A DNA stretch of 64,000 nucleotides, taken from positions 10,906 through 74,905 of the forward strand of contig CAYWTS010000007.1 in assembly GCA_964461265.1 (NCBI GenBank). The letters are read 5' to 3'. The notes under the pieces are model-generated. The model was not told the origin of the DNA. It saw only the letters and a program-made list of their open reading frames with translations, and did not search any database. Numbering within the stretch: position 1 is the first letter of the stretch; the number at the start of each line of letters is the position of its first letter. This DNA comes from an uncultured Ignavibacteriales bacterium. Its GTDB lineage: Bacteria; Bacteroidota; Ignavibacteria; Tepidaquicellales; OLB5. Below, piece after piece: positions 9,371 to 18,510 of this stretch. Both the position numbers and the translations under genes were made by a program.

Positions 9371-10636
9371 ATGAAAAATTTTTTATTAATAGTAAGTATT
9401 TTCATACTATTTTACAATTTCACCTGTGAACAGCTTCCCCGTTCGGCGGGCAATAATAAAGATACAGGTATCATAAAGGATTCAATTAAACAAATAAATT
9501 CTATGGATTCCGTTCAAACCGAAATAAATGCGTTCAAGCTTCATTATGATGCAATCGTAATTGATACGCACAATGATATTCTTATGCCGGTATTTCTTAA
9601 GGGTGCCGTTATTACAAAAGATAACTTATCTACACAATCGGATATTGTAAAATGGCAAAAGGGCGGAGTAGATGCACAGGTTTTTTCTATCTATGTGCCT
9701 GAGAGATTTAAATCGGACCATTTCGGCTATGCAATGAAGATGATAGATTTTGTTGAAAAAATGACAGATACATATCCCGAACTAATGGTACTGTGTTATA
9801 ATTATGACGATCTTCTGAAAAATCTGGAGAGGGGTATATTCTGCATACTGATGGGTGCCGAAGGCGGTTCAATTATTGAAGGCTCAATAGATAATCTCAT
9901 TACTCTTTATAATCGCGGTGTAAGATATCTTGGACTAACATGGAATACAAGCAATCAGATTGGAACATCAGCAAGGGATGAAAGCCAAAGGGGCAGAAAA
10001 GGAGGATTAACCGAATTCGGAAAGGAAGTTGTTATTACAATGGATTCTCTCGGAATGATGATCGACGTATCACACCTCGGTGAAACAGCTTTCTGGAATG
10101 TAACTGAGCTAAGTAAAAATCCTGTTATAGCATCTCACTCATCGGTATACAGCTTATGCCCTCATTATAGGAATCTTACAGATGAACAAATTAAAGCTAT
10201 TGCAAAATCAGGAGGATACATCGGTGTAAATTTCCATTGCGAATTTATTGCTCCTTCAGCAAACAAAAGCCAGGTTAATGCAATACATAATAAATACAAA
10301 AACGCCCTTAAACAAATTTCCGAAGTTTATGCAGATGACCTGATTAAGTTCAATGAAGAACGTTACAACTATTTAACAGAAAACAAATCGGATAACGGAA
10401 CGTCTATCGATATACTGATAGACCATATTGATTACATCGTAAAACTTGTGGGAGTTGACTATGTTGGTTTTGGTTCCGATTTCGATGGCGGGGTTTACAC
10501 ACCAAACGAGATGTATGATGCAACCTGTTACCCGGTAATCACCAAAAAGCTTGTTGAGAGAGGATATAAAGATGAAGATATTCGTAAAATACTGGGAGGA
10601 AATTTCCTGAGGGTGTTTAAACAAGTTTGTAAGTGA
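9371..10636 (+). CDS. Membrane dipeptidase, peptidase family M19
   Basis: VIDTHNDIL, YLGLTWN, IDVSHL, ASHSS and GFGSDFDG motifs. The ORF is open from GTG 9365. ATG 9371 gives an MKNFLL signal-like N-terminus. Confidence 0.85.
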   Translation: MKNFLLIVSIFILFYNFTCEQLPRSAGNNKDTGIIKDSIKQINSMDSVQTEINAFKLHYDAIVIDTHNDILMPVFLKGAVITKDNLSTQSDIVKWQKGGVDAQVFSIYVPERFKSDHFGYAMKMIDFVEKMTDTYPELMVLCYNYDDLLKNLERGIFCILMGAEGGSIIEGSIDNLITLYNRGVRYLGLTWNTSNQIGTSARDESQRGRKGGLTEFGKEVVITMDSLGMMIDVSHLGETAFWNVTELSKNPVIASHSSVYSLCPHYRNLTDEQIKAIAKSGGYIGVNFHCEFIAPSANKSQVNAIHNKYKNALKQISEVYADDLIKFNEERYNYLTENKSDNGTSIDILIDHIDYIVKLVGVDYVGFGSDFDGGVYTPNEMYDATCYPVITKKLVERGYKDEDIRKILGGNFLRVFKQVCK

Positions 10637-10652
10637 AAACATATTTCTCAAG

Positions 10653-10714
10653 CCCTAACCACTTCTCCATAATGGGAGGCGGAATCCCGCTTCAACGGGA
10701 AGGGGTGGGGGTTA
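10653..10714. repeat. GC-rich palindromic element, related to 1665-1709
   Basis: Ordered shared blocks CCTAAyC, TCTCC, GGGAG and GTGGGGGT. Inner hairpin TCCCG (10685-10689) / CGGGA (10696-10700). The outer arm TAACCAC pairs with GTGGGGGTTA with a bulge. It ends 6 nt before the dnaG ATG. Confidence 0.5.
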
Positions 10715-10720
10715 AAATCA

Positions 10721-12565
10721 ATGCCTAAAATCACACAAAAAATAATAGATGAAATACTTGCTGCAACCGATATAGTTGACCTTATATCGCAGTACACCCC
10801 TTTGCGGAAGGCAGGGAAAAACTTCATGGGACGCTGCCCGTTCCACCAGGAAAAGACACCCTCTTTCAGCGTATCTCAGGAAAATGGCGTGTATCATTGC
10901 TTTGGATGCGGCAAAGGCGGGAATGTATTCACTTTTCTCAGAGATATCGAGAACCTCTCATACTACGAAGCTTTAAAATTTCTTGCCGAACGTTCACATA
11001 TAAAAATCGAGTTTGATGATGAGCCCTATGATAAAGACAGGACTATAATAGATACTCTTCACGAAATAAACAAAAAGGCAGCCCGGTTTTTTTACGATAA
11101 CCTGATGAGCCGTGAAGGCGAGTATGCAAGGGAATACCTGAACACAAGAGGAATTAAGGAAGAAACTATAACTAAATTCGGACTTGGTTACTCACCCCGC
11201 GGAGGCGAAATATTATTCAAAACACTCAGTGAGGAATTTAAAAAAGAGGATATTATTTCTTCGGGACTTGTTATTGAACTTGCAATGAATGAAGTGCGTG
11301 ACCGTTTCCGCGGACGTTTGATGTTCCCTATTATAAACGAAGCATCGAAAGTTGTGGGTTTTGGCGGAAGAAAGCTATTTGATGAAGGATATGAAGAAGC
11401 TAAATATATCAATTCATCGGAATCAAAAGTCTATAATAAAAGCCGTGTTCTGTACGGTCTGAACTTCGCACGCAATAAAATCAAGGAAGCCGGCTTTGCA
11501 ATGCTTGTAGAAGGGTATATGGATTTAATACAGCTTTATCAGAGCGGAGTGCAAAACGTGGTTGCTTCTAGCGGAACGTCATTAACAACACTCCAGGTAA
11601 GGATACTTTCCCGCTACACAAATGAGATTGTTGTTGTATATGATTCCGATAATGCAGGTCAGGCTGCGGCTCGCAGGGCAATTGAACTGATATTTGAGAA
11701 TAATTTAATTGTGACGCTTGCTGTTCTGCCAAGAGGCGAAGACCCTGACTCATATATTAAAAATTACGGGTTAGAAAATTTTATTAATCTGATTGAAAAA
11801 AGACAATCCATAATTGATTTTATTGCTGATAAATATAAGCTTGAAAACCGCCTTGCAACTCCTGAAGGTAAAACAGAATTCGTGAAGGAAATCATATCGT
11901 TGATTTCTAGGTTAAGAGATGAAATAAAACGTGAATTCTACATCAAAGATATTTCCGAACGGTTTGGGATATATGAATCTACAATACGAAAAGAGTTATA
12001 CAATTATCAGCGGCTGAAAAATAAAGGGTTAACGCGTGAATATCCTGTAAAGACCTCAGCAGATACAGCAGCGGGTGAACCGCATCCCATTGAAAACCGT
12101 GTTGTTGTCTCAAATCTTGAACTGATGCTGATAAGACTGATTGTTGACGGTGATAAAAAAACACGCGGTTACTTGATGGATAATATAGGAATAGATTACC
12201 TGCAAAGTCCGGTTGTGATGAAGATTGTAAATTATCTTTTTATGAACATAGAAAACGAATCTAAGCTTAAACAGAGCAGTTTGTTTAATGCATTTGATGA
12301 TGATGTTTCAAAAGATATACTCGGCAAAGCATTTTTAGATGAATCATATGTAATGCTTGATGAAAGCAAAGGTGATTTTGAACGTAAGGCAAAGTTTGTT
12401 GTTACAAAGCTGCATATATCGGCTCTTGAAAATCAAATAAATGAGCTGAATCGGAAAATTAAATCAGTCCACACTGACTCCCCTGAAATCCTGAAGCTGC
12501 AAAATGACCTACAGCAGCTTGTAAGCGAACGAGTGAAGCTGGAAAAGAGCTTGAAAGGGATATAA
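10721..12565 (+). CDS. dnaG: DNA primase
   Basis: Zinc-ribbon motif CPFHQEKTPSFSVSQENGVYHCFGCGKGGNVFTF. RNA-polymerase core (RGRLMFPI). TOPRIM (LVEGYMDLI...VVVYDSDNAGQAA). Confidence 0.92.
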   Translation: MPKITQKIIDEILAATDIVDLISQYTPLRKAGKNFMGRCPFHQEKTPSFSVSQENGVYHCFGCGKGGNVFTFLRDIENLSYYEALKFLAERSHIKIEFDDEPYDKDRTIIDTLHEINKKAARFFYDNLMSREGEYAREYLNTRGIKEETITKFGLGYSPRGGEILFKTLSEEFKKEDIISSGLVIELAMNEVRDRFRGRLMFPIINEASKVVGFGGRKLFDEGYEEAKYINSSESKVYNKSRVLYGLNFARNKIKEAGFAMLVEGYMDLIQLYQSGVQNVVASSGTSLTTLQVRILSRYTNEIVVVYDSDNAGQAAARRAIELIFENNLIVTLAVLPRGEDPDSYIKNYGLENFINLIEKRQSIIDFIADKYKLENRLATPEGKTEFVKEIISLISRLRDEIKREFYIKDISERFGIYESTIRKELYNYQRLKNKGLTREYPVKTSADTAAGEPHPIENRVVVSNLELMLIRLIVDGDKKTRGYLMDNIGIDYLQSPVVMKIVNYLFMNIENESKLKQSSLFNAFDDDVSKDILGKAFLDESYVMLDESKGDFERKAKFVVTKLHISALENQINELNRKIKSVHTDSPEILKLQNDLQQLVSERVKLEKSLKGI

Positions 12566-12653
12566 GATTTCGCAATATATTTAGATATTAAATAGGTTTT
12601 AATTCATTTAAACCTGAATATTTACGGATAAAGTTTTATCAATGTCTTATGTT

Positions 12654-12785
12654 AAAAAAAAGGCTGTCTCAAAAGTGTTTTTGTATCCGCATCCTTTATG
12701 GCTGCATTGCATTTTTCTTGCATTACGCAACTATGAAAGTTGCGGTTACAGTTTTTCGCAAGAAAATTGCCTTTTGAGACAGCCC
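12654..12785. other. Nested inverted-repeat structure (candidate small RNA or complex terminator)
   Basis: A perfect 14-bp outer stem (12662-12675 with 12771-12784), a 12/13 inner stem (12709-12721 with 12758-12770) and a 6-bp apical hairpin (12726-12731 with 12739-12744). An A8 run lies at 12654-12661, which is a U run on the minus strand after the outer stem. Confidence 0.4.
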
Positions 12786-12875
12786 CTCGAATAGTATCTT
12801 TACTATTTACTTATTGAATATCAACCTTTGACAATGGTAATAACATTGACATTGGCAATTAACCATTGCCCGAAC

Positions 12876-13643
12876 CTACTTCTTCTCCAGTAATTTCATA
12901 AACACAGAAATCACATCCACCGGAAGCGGGAAGACGATTGTTGAATTTTTCTCGGTCGCTATTTCCGTTAGTGTCTGCAGATACCTTAGCTGTAATGAAA
13001 TTGGCTCTTTATTAATAACCGCTGCTGCATCGGAAAGCTTTTGTGCTGCCTGGAACTCGCCATCGGCATGGATAACCTTTGCCCGGCGTTCACGCTCGGC
13101 TTCAGCCTGGCGTGCCATTGCACGCTGCATTTCTATTGGCAGGTCAATCTGTTTCACTTCCACCATCGAAACTTTAACACCCCATGGTTCGGTGTGTTCG
13201 TCAATTATTTGCTGTAATTTCTGATTAATTATAGTCCGCTCGCTTAGCAGCTCATCAAGCTCCGATTGTCCCAGAACACTCCGGAGTGTGGTTTGTGATA
13301 TCTGTGATGTTGCAAAAAGAAAATCCTGGACATCTATTACTGCTCTTTCGGGCTGTATCACTCGGAAATACACTACTGCATTTACCTTTATCGAAATATT
13401 ATCTTTAGTTACAATATCCTGAGTAGGGACATCAAGCACCAATGTTCTTAAGCTTACCTTAACCATTTTATCAATAATAGGTATTAAGATAATCAAGCCC
13501 GGACCCTTGGTAGCTGAATACCTGCCCAGTCGGAATATTACTCCCCTTTCATACTCCCTTAAAACTTTTATCATGCTGAAAAGCAGTATCAAAAAGAATA
13601 TGAAGGCAAAAAATAAAAGTGTTAATAATACGGCAACTTCCAT
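12876..13643 (-). CDS. SPFH/band-7 (stomatin/prohibitin-like) membrane protein
   Basis: N-terminal TM helix, [13 protein letters not shown]...GPGL, and an A/E/R-rich coiled-coil ([15 protein letters not shown]). It follows the NfeD gene, which is the classic pairing. Confidence 0.85.
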   Translation of the reverse strand: MEVAVLLTLLFFAFIFFLILLFSMIKVLREYERGVIFRLGRYSATKGPGLIILIPIIDKMVKVSLRTLVLDVPTQDIVTKDNISIKVNAVVYFRVIQPERAVIDVQDFLFATSQISQTTLRSVLGQSELDELLSERTIINQKLQQIIDEHTEPWGVKVSMVEVKQIDLPIEMQRAMARQAEAERERRAKVIHADGEFQAAQKLSDAAAVINKEPISLQLRYLQTLTEIATEKNSTIVFPLPVDVISVFMKLLEKK

Positions 13644-13765
13644 GTTACTCTCCTTATTGATTTGTTAAATGTAAAAATAAATTTATATTTTCAGGCAAAA
13701 GCCGTTATTAATTCCGCTTTATTCCACGAGCTAAAGCTCATGGCAAAATCATATCAATTATTTTA

Positions 13766-15076
13766 CTATAATTGTCTAACCTTCAATGTTAAATTCTCAA
13801 CCGATATAACTTTAACTCTGGAACCCGGTTCAATATCTTCGGTTACCCCCTCATCTGCAACAGCATTCCAGAATTCACCTTGTAGTTTAACCAGACCTGC
13901 TGCATTCCTGGAGATCGTTTTTGATACCTCAGCAATTTCACCGACCAATGCTTCCTTCCCTGAGGTAATTTTACGTTTATGCGCTCTTACAACAAGGTAG
14001 ATCAGAATAATGAAAAGTGCTGAGATTATAATAACGGTTGTATATATTACACTCATAGATATTTTTACCATTTCCAGACCTGAGTCTACATTAATAAGCA
14101 TAATGGAACCCAGGAATAACGAAATTATACCGCCTACGGTAAGCATACCGTAGCTGGTGACTTTTATTTCAAGGATGAACAAGATAATGCCTAAAATTAT
14201 AAGGATTAACCCAGCGTAATTTATAGGCAATGTATGTAAACCATAAAGTCCGAGAACAATACATATAACCCCCACAACGCCCGGCAGTATTGCTCCGGGG
14301 TGATAGAACTCAAGTATTATACCCCATATACCAATCATTAACAAAATGTAAGCAATGTTCGGGTCGCTTATTATACCAAGCAGCTTTAGTACCCACGACA
14401 TTTCGTAATTAACTATACCGGCGTCTGAAGTATGCAGGGTTTTCTTACCAGCAGCTGTTTCCACTTCGCGTCCGTCTATTTTTTTCAGAAGGTCGGTTTT
14501 GTTTTCTGCAATCAGGTCAATAACATTTTTCTCAAGCGCCTCATTTTCTGAAATCGAAACACTCATTCTTACAGCATCCTCCCCCCACTCGATATTCCTG
14601 TGACGCTTCTCACTGATTGAACGTATAAACGCAGCGGCGTCATTAGTAGCTTTCTCACTCATCACCGAATCCATTTGTCCCTCACCTCCCACAGGATGTG
14701 CTGCACCTATATTTGTTCCCGGAGCCATAGCTGCAATATTTGCTGCCATAGTAACGAACACTCCAGCCGAGCCTGCCTGTGAACCGCTTGGAGATACATA
14801 AACAATTACCGGTATTGAAGATGAAAGCAGGTCGCTTACAATATATCTTGTTGATTTCAGAAGTCCGCCGGGAGTGTTAAGTTCTATAATTACACACTCA
14901 GCATTATTCTCCACTGCTTCTTTAATTCCTCTGTGGATATAATCAGCAGAAGCGGGATTAATAGCTCCGTCAATTTTCAAAACATAAACAATAGGTGATG
15001 ATTCAAACAAGTGTAGTTCACTCATGAAAGGTGTAAAAAATAAAAATACAAAAAGGAATGAATATATTTTTTTCAT
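13766..15076 (-). CDS. NfeD-family membrane-bound serine protease (ClpP-class)
   Basis: Signal peptide from ATG 15076 (the ORF is open to 15112). ClpP-like domain (IELNTPGGL...GSQAGSAGVF), a central block of TM helices, and a C-terminal NfeD OB-like domain (GEFWNAVADE...VKVISVENLTLKV). Confidence 0.85.
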   Translation of the reverse strand: MKKIYSFLFVFLFFTPFMSELHLFESSPIVYVLKIDGAINPASADYIHRGIKEAVENNAECVIIELNTPGGLLKSTRYIVSDLLSSSIPVIVYVSPSGSQAGSAGVFVTMAANIAAMAPGTNIGAAHPVGGEGQMDSVMSEKATNDAAAFIRSISEKRHRNIEWGEDAVRMSVSISENEALEKNVIDLIAENKTDLLKKIDGREVETAAGKKTLHTSDAGIVNYEMSWVLKLLGIISDPNIAYILLMIGIWGIILEFYHPGAILPGVVGVICIVLGLYGLHTLPINYAGLILIILGIILFILEIKVTSYGMLTVGGIISLFLGSIMLINVDSGLEMVKISMSVIYTTVIIISALFIILIYLVVRAHKRKITSGKEALVGEIAEVSKTISRNAAGLVKLQGEFWNAVADEGVTEDIEPGSRVKVISVENLTLKVRQL

Positions 15077-15349
15077 GGAAACTCTTGTTTTAAAGTAATT
15101 CAAAATAATCAAAAAAAACTATGATTAACACACCTGCTACAGTCCTAACTAATAAGGATTACTATTAATGAGACATTTTTATATTTTCCTTCTCATAGAG
15201 GTTTGTAAAACCTGACCCGCCTGCGGAACGGACAGAAAGGATTTTTGGCGAAGCCCTTCCTTTAGGAAAAATCTGTCAGCTTTATTTAGAACGCCAATAA
15301 AAAATTATGCAGTATTTGAACCTTTTTAACATTTCATTTGTTCAGACTA

Positions 15350-15380
15350 TTGTAAAATTAAGGTTAGTTACTTATATTTG
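15350..15380 (+). promoter_or_regulatory. Candidate Bacteroidetes-type promoter (TTG N20 TATATTTG) upstream of rho
   Basis: TATATTTG at 15373-15380 fits the TAnnTTTG -7 box. TTG at 15350-15352 lies 20 nt upstream. This would give a leader of about 175 nt. It is a motif match only. Confidence 0.25.
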
Positions 15381-15562
15381 TCTAGTTCTGTCCCAATTGA
15401 GCGGGCAGGAAAGTTAGAATAACTCGCTATTTCTACCCTAAAATTAATCATATTTTCAATATTTAACAAAAATTATTAATTACTTACCATAATTTAAACT
15501 CACGAACCTCATTAAAAGCCTTTTTTTATAAATAACCGGCTTGAACATGAAAGGATCAAAAA

Positions 15563-16831
15563 ATGGAAAATCAAATTAAAATCATGGATATTGCCGAACT
15601 GAAATCTAAGAAAATTGTTGAACTTTACGAAATTGCTAAAACAATGGGTCTCTCGGGTTACAGTGACCTGAGAAAACAGGAACTGATATACAAGCTGCTT
15701 GAAACACAGAAGGAAAAAGACGGCATCTCGTACAGTAAAGGCGTTCTGGACGTGCTGCCGGATGGTTACGGATTTCTGAGATCGGCTGAGTATAACTACC
15801 TCTCCTCACCCGATGACGTTTACGTATCACCCTCACAGATAAAAAAGTTTGCCTTAAGAACAGGTGATACGGTCAACGGACAGGTAAGACCCCCAAAAGA
15901 AGGCGAAAGATTTTTTGCACTTTTAAGGGTAGAACAGGTTAACTTTGTTGACCCTGAAAAAATCAGGGAAAGAACGCTGTTCGATAACCTGACGCCCCTG
16001 TATGCAAACGAACGGATGAACCTTGAAACCACACCCGGTGAATATGCAACCAGAATAATGAACATGTTCACCCCGATTGGCAAGGGTAACCGCTGTATGA
16101 TAGTATCTCCTCCTAAAGCAGGAAAAACTATACTCCTTCAGCAGATTGCCAACGCGGTTTCAAGAAATCACCCTGAAGTAGAGCTGATTGTACTTCTGAT
16201 TGACGAGAGGCCTGAAGAAGTGACCGATATGGAGCGTTCGGTAAAAGCTGAAGTAATAAGCTCCACATTCGATGAACCGCCCGAGAGACATGTTCAGGTT
16301 TCTGATATCGTGCTTGAAAAAGCAAAACGCCTTACCGAAGCCAAGAAAGACGTAGTAATACTATTAGACAGCATTACAAGGCTCGCCAGGGCTCATAATA
16401 CAGTTGTTCCGCACAGCGGAAAGATTTTATCCGGCGGTGTAGATGCCAATGCACTGCACCGTCCCAAACGTTTCTTTGGTGCAGCAAGGAACATCGAAGA
16501 AGGCGGAAGCCTTACCATTATTGCCACGGCACTGGTTGAAACCGGCAGCCGTATGGACGAAGTTATCTTCGAAGAATTCAAAGGCACCGGCAATATGGAA
16601 ATTGTCCTTGACCGCAAGCTCGCCGACAGGCGAATATTCCCCGCTATCGACCTGAATAAATCGGGGACAAGAAAAGAAGAATTACTGCTCGATGATGAAG
16701 AGCTGAATAAGATATGGCTCTTAAGAAAAATTTTAAGCGATTTTACACCTATCGAAGCAATGGAATTCCTTCTTGAAAAAATGAGAGGGACTAAGAATAA
16801 TAAAGAGTTTCTAAAATCTATGAATTCTTAG
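15563..16831 (+). CDS. rho: Transcription termination factor Rho
   Basis: N-terminal Rho_N ([18 protein letters not shown]). RNA-binding domain ([14 protein letters not shown]). Walker [30 protein letters not shown] and [17 protein letters not shown]. Confidence 0.96.
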   Translation: MENQIKIMDIAELKSKKIVELYEIAKTMGLSGYSDLRKQELIYKLLETQKEKDGISYSKGVLDVLPDGYGFLRSAEYNYLSSPDDVYVSPSQIKKFALRTGDTVNGQVRPPKEGERFFALLRVEQVNFVDPEKIRERTLFDNLTPLYANERMNLETTPGEYATRIMNMFTPIGKGNRCMIVSPPKAGKTILLQQIANAVSRNHPEVELIVLLIDERPEEVTDMERSVKAEVISSTFDEPPERHVQVSDIVLEKAKRLTEAKKDVVILLDSITRLARAHNTVVPHSGKILSGGVDANALHRPKRFFGAARNIEEGGSLTIIATALVETGSRMDEVIFEEFKGTGNMEIVLDRKLADRRIFPAIDLNKSGTRKEELLLDDEELNKIWLLRKILSDFTPIEAMEFLLEKMRGTKNNKEFLKSMNS

Positions 16832-16913
16832 TCACTTTAGCGCAGGTCAGCTGTACCCGGCTTTCTAATCCAATGGTACAGCAAAGATATACGTATTTTA
16901 AAAACAAGACCTA

Positions 16914-18509
16914 ATGAAAAAAGAAATACTAATTTCCTCTACGGCAAACGAAAACCGCATTGCCATAACCGAAGATGGCAGGCTTGCCGAATTTTTTATC
17001 GAAACACCTGATAATGAACGTATTATCGGTGATATTTACCTTGGCAGGATAGCCAAAGTAATACCCGGTATTAAGGCTGCATTTATTGACCTAGGATTTA
17101 AACAGGATGCATTCCTCCATTTTTCGGATGTCAGCGAATATTCGGATGATTTCAGAACACTTCTGGGAGATAAAGATTCCGAGATAGATGAAGATGAAGA
17201 TGAAGACGAGAATCACCTGCCCCCGGGCAGCACACAAAACTACTATTCCCAGGAACGAAAAGATCCCCTTTCAAATCTTGAAAAAGACAAAAGTATTGTT
17301 GTTCAGATTACTAAAGAACCTGTCGGGAATAAAGGCGTAAGGGTAACATCAAAAGTTGCAATCCCCGGCAGGTATGTAGTTTTCCTTCCCTTCGAACACA
17401 GGATAAACGCATCGAAGCAGATACTGAATATACGTGAAAAACGAAGGTTAAAAAGCATAGTCCGCAAATTCCGGCTGGAAGCCGGATTGGAATTCGGAGC
17501 TATTATAAGAACGGTAGCAGAGGAAGAAGATGAAAGAGCTATTAAAGACGACCTTAACGATGTAACAAGAAAGTGGCAAAAGATTGAAAATAACATCAAG
17601 AACGTTAAGCCCCCTGCAATCCTTTACAAAGACCTCTCGATGACAACCAGCGTAATCAGAGACCATCTCAGGGAAGATGTAATACGGGTTGTATGCGACT
17701 CCAAAAAGGTCATTAAAGAAATTACCGGTTACCTTGAAGATGCTTCCCCATCGATGATTAATAAAGTATCTTATTACGATGACACGAAACCACTATTTGA
17801 TGTATATGGAATAGAAAAAGAAATACGTTCCACCCTTAATAAGAAAATTCCGTTAAAAAGCGGGGGCTATATTTTCATAGAACATACCGAAGCAATGGTT
17901 GTGATAGATGTAAACAGCGGCAAGTATGCAAGAAGCAAAGACCAGGAGCTGAACTCACTCAAAACCAACCTTGAAGCCTCGAGGGAAATTGTGAGGCAGG
18001 TAAGGCTCAGAGACCTCGGAGGTATTATTGTAATCGATTTCATCGATGTTTACGACGACAAAAATAAGAAGAAAGTATATGATGAATTAAGAAAAGAATT
18101 CAAGAAAGACAAGGCAAAGGTAACCGTTCTACCAATGTCCGATTTCGGACTAATACAGATTACAAGGCAGCGTGTTAGGCAGAGTTTATTATACACGTTA
18201 TCCGAAACGTGTCCGTTATGCGGCGGAACGGGATTGCTGGAATCAACCGAAAACGTCCTAACACGCATAGAACGTTGGATAAACCGTTATAAATCGCATG
18301 GCAGCTTTGCGGCAGGCAGGCTGCTGCTGAAGGTTAATCCGTTTATGTATCAGTTCCTCAAGAAGGGGTTTGTCAATAAAATTACCCGATTACGAATTAA
18401 ATTCTTTGTCCGCCTAAAATTAGTAGAAGATGCTTCGCTCCAGCCCCAGGAATTCCGCTTCATTTCCTCAAAAACAGACGAAGACATAACCAAACAGTTC
18501 TCAGAGTAA
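16914..18509 (+). CDS. rng: Ribonuclease E/G family endoribonuclease (RNase G-like)
   Basis: S1 domain (GDIYLGRIAKVIPGIKAAFIDLG...AFLHFSD). Catalytic core (VIDVNSGKY, GGIIVIDFID). Zn-link CPLCGGTG. Confidence 0.85.
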   Translation: MKKEILISSTANENRIAITEDGRLAEFFIETPDNERIIGDIYLGRIAKVIPGIKAAFIDLGFKQDAFLHFSDVSEYSDDFRTLLGDKDSEIDEDEDEDENHLPPGSTQNYYSQERKDPLSNLEKDKSIVVQITKEPVGNKGVRVTSKVAIPGRYVVFLPFEHRINASKQILNIREKRRLKSIVRKFRLEAGLEFGAIIRTVAEEEDERAIKDDLNDVTRKWQKIENNIKNVKPPAILYKDLSMTTSVIRDHLREDVIRVVCDSKKVIKEITGYLEDASPSMINKVSYYDDTKPLFDVYGIEKEIRSTLNKKIPLKSGGYIFIEHTEAMVVIDVNSGKYARSKDQELNSLKTNLEASREIVRQVRLRDLGGIIVIDFIDVYDDKNKKKVYDELRKEFKKDKAKVTVLPMSDFGLIQITRQRVRQSLLYTLSETCPLCGGTGLLESTENVLTRIERWINRYKSHGSFAAGRLLLKVNPFMYQFLKKGFVNKITRLRIKFFVRLKLVEDASLQPQEFRFISSKTDEDITKQFSE

Positions 18510-18510
18510 T

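Noticed and set aside
13644-13765. The 122-nt spacer between nfeD and the stomatin gene, considered as a possible small gene or RNA.
   Set aside because: It holds only 5-bp stems and no ORF with a coding-like composition. It is probably just an internal promoter or spacer.
15168-15215. A 15-codon mini-ORF (MRHFYIFLLIEVCKT) in the rho upstream region, considered as a possible leader peptide.
   Set aside because: It has no ribosome-binding signal and no regulatory codon run. Short ORFs of this size are expected by chance in AT-rich DNA.
16850-16882. A hairpin, GCTGTACC ... GGTACAGC, between rho and the RNase G-like gene, considered as a terminator.
   Set aside because: It has a 17-nt loop and no downstream T run, so it is at most a processing or stability element and is not supportable as a terminator.
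17150-17290. An acidic insertion (DSEIDEDEDEDENH...) in the S1 region of the RNase G-like protein.
   Set aside because: RNase E/G proteins commonly carry a variable segment of similar length at this position. Nothing beyond low complexity is seen.
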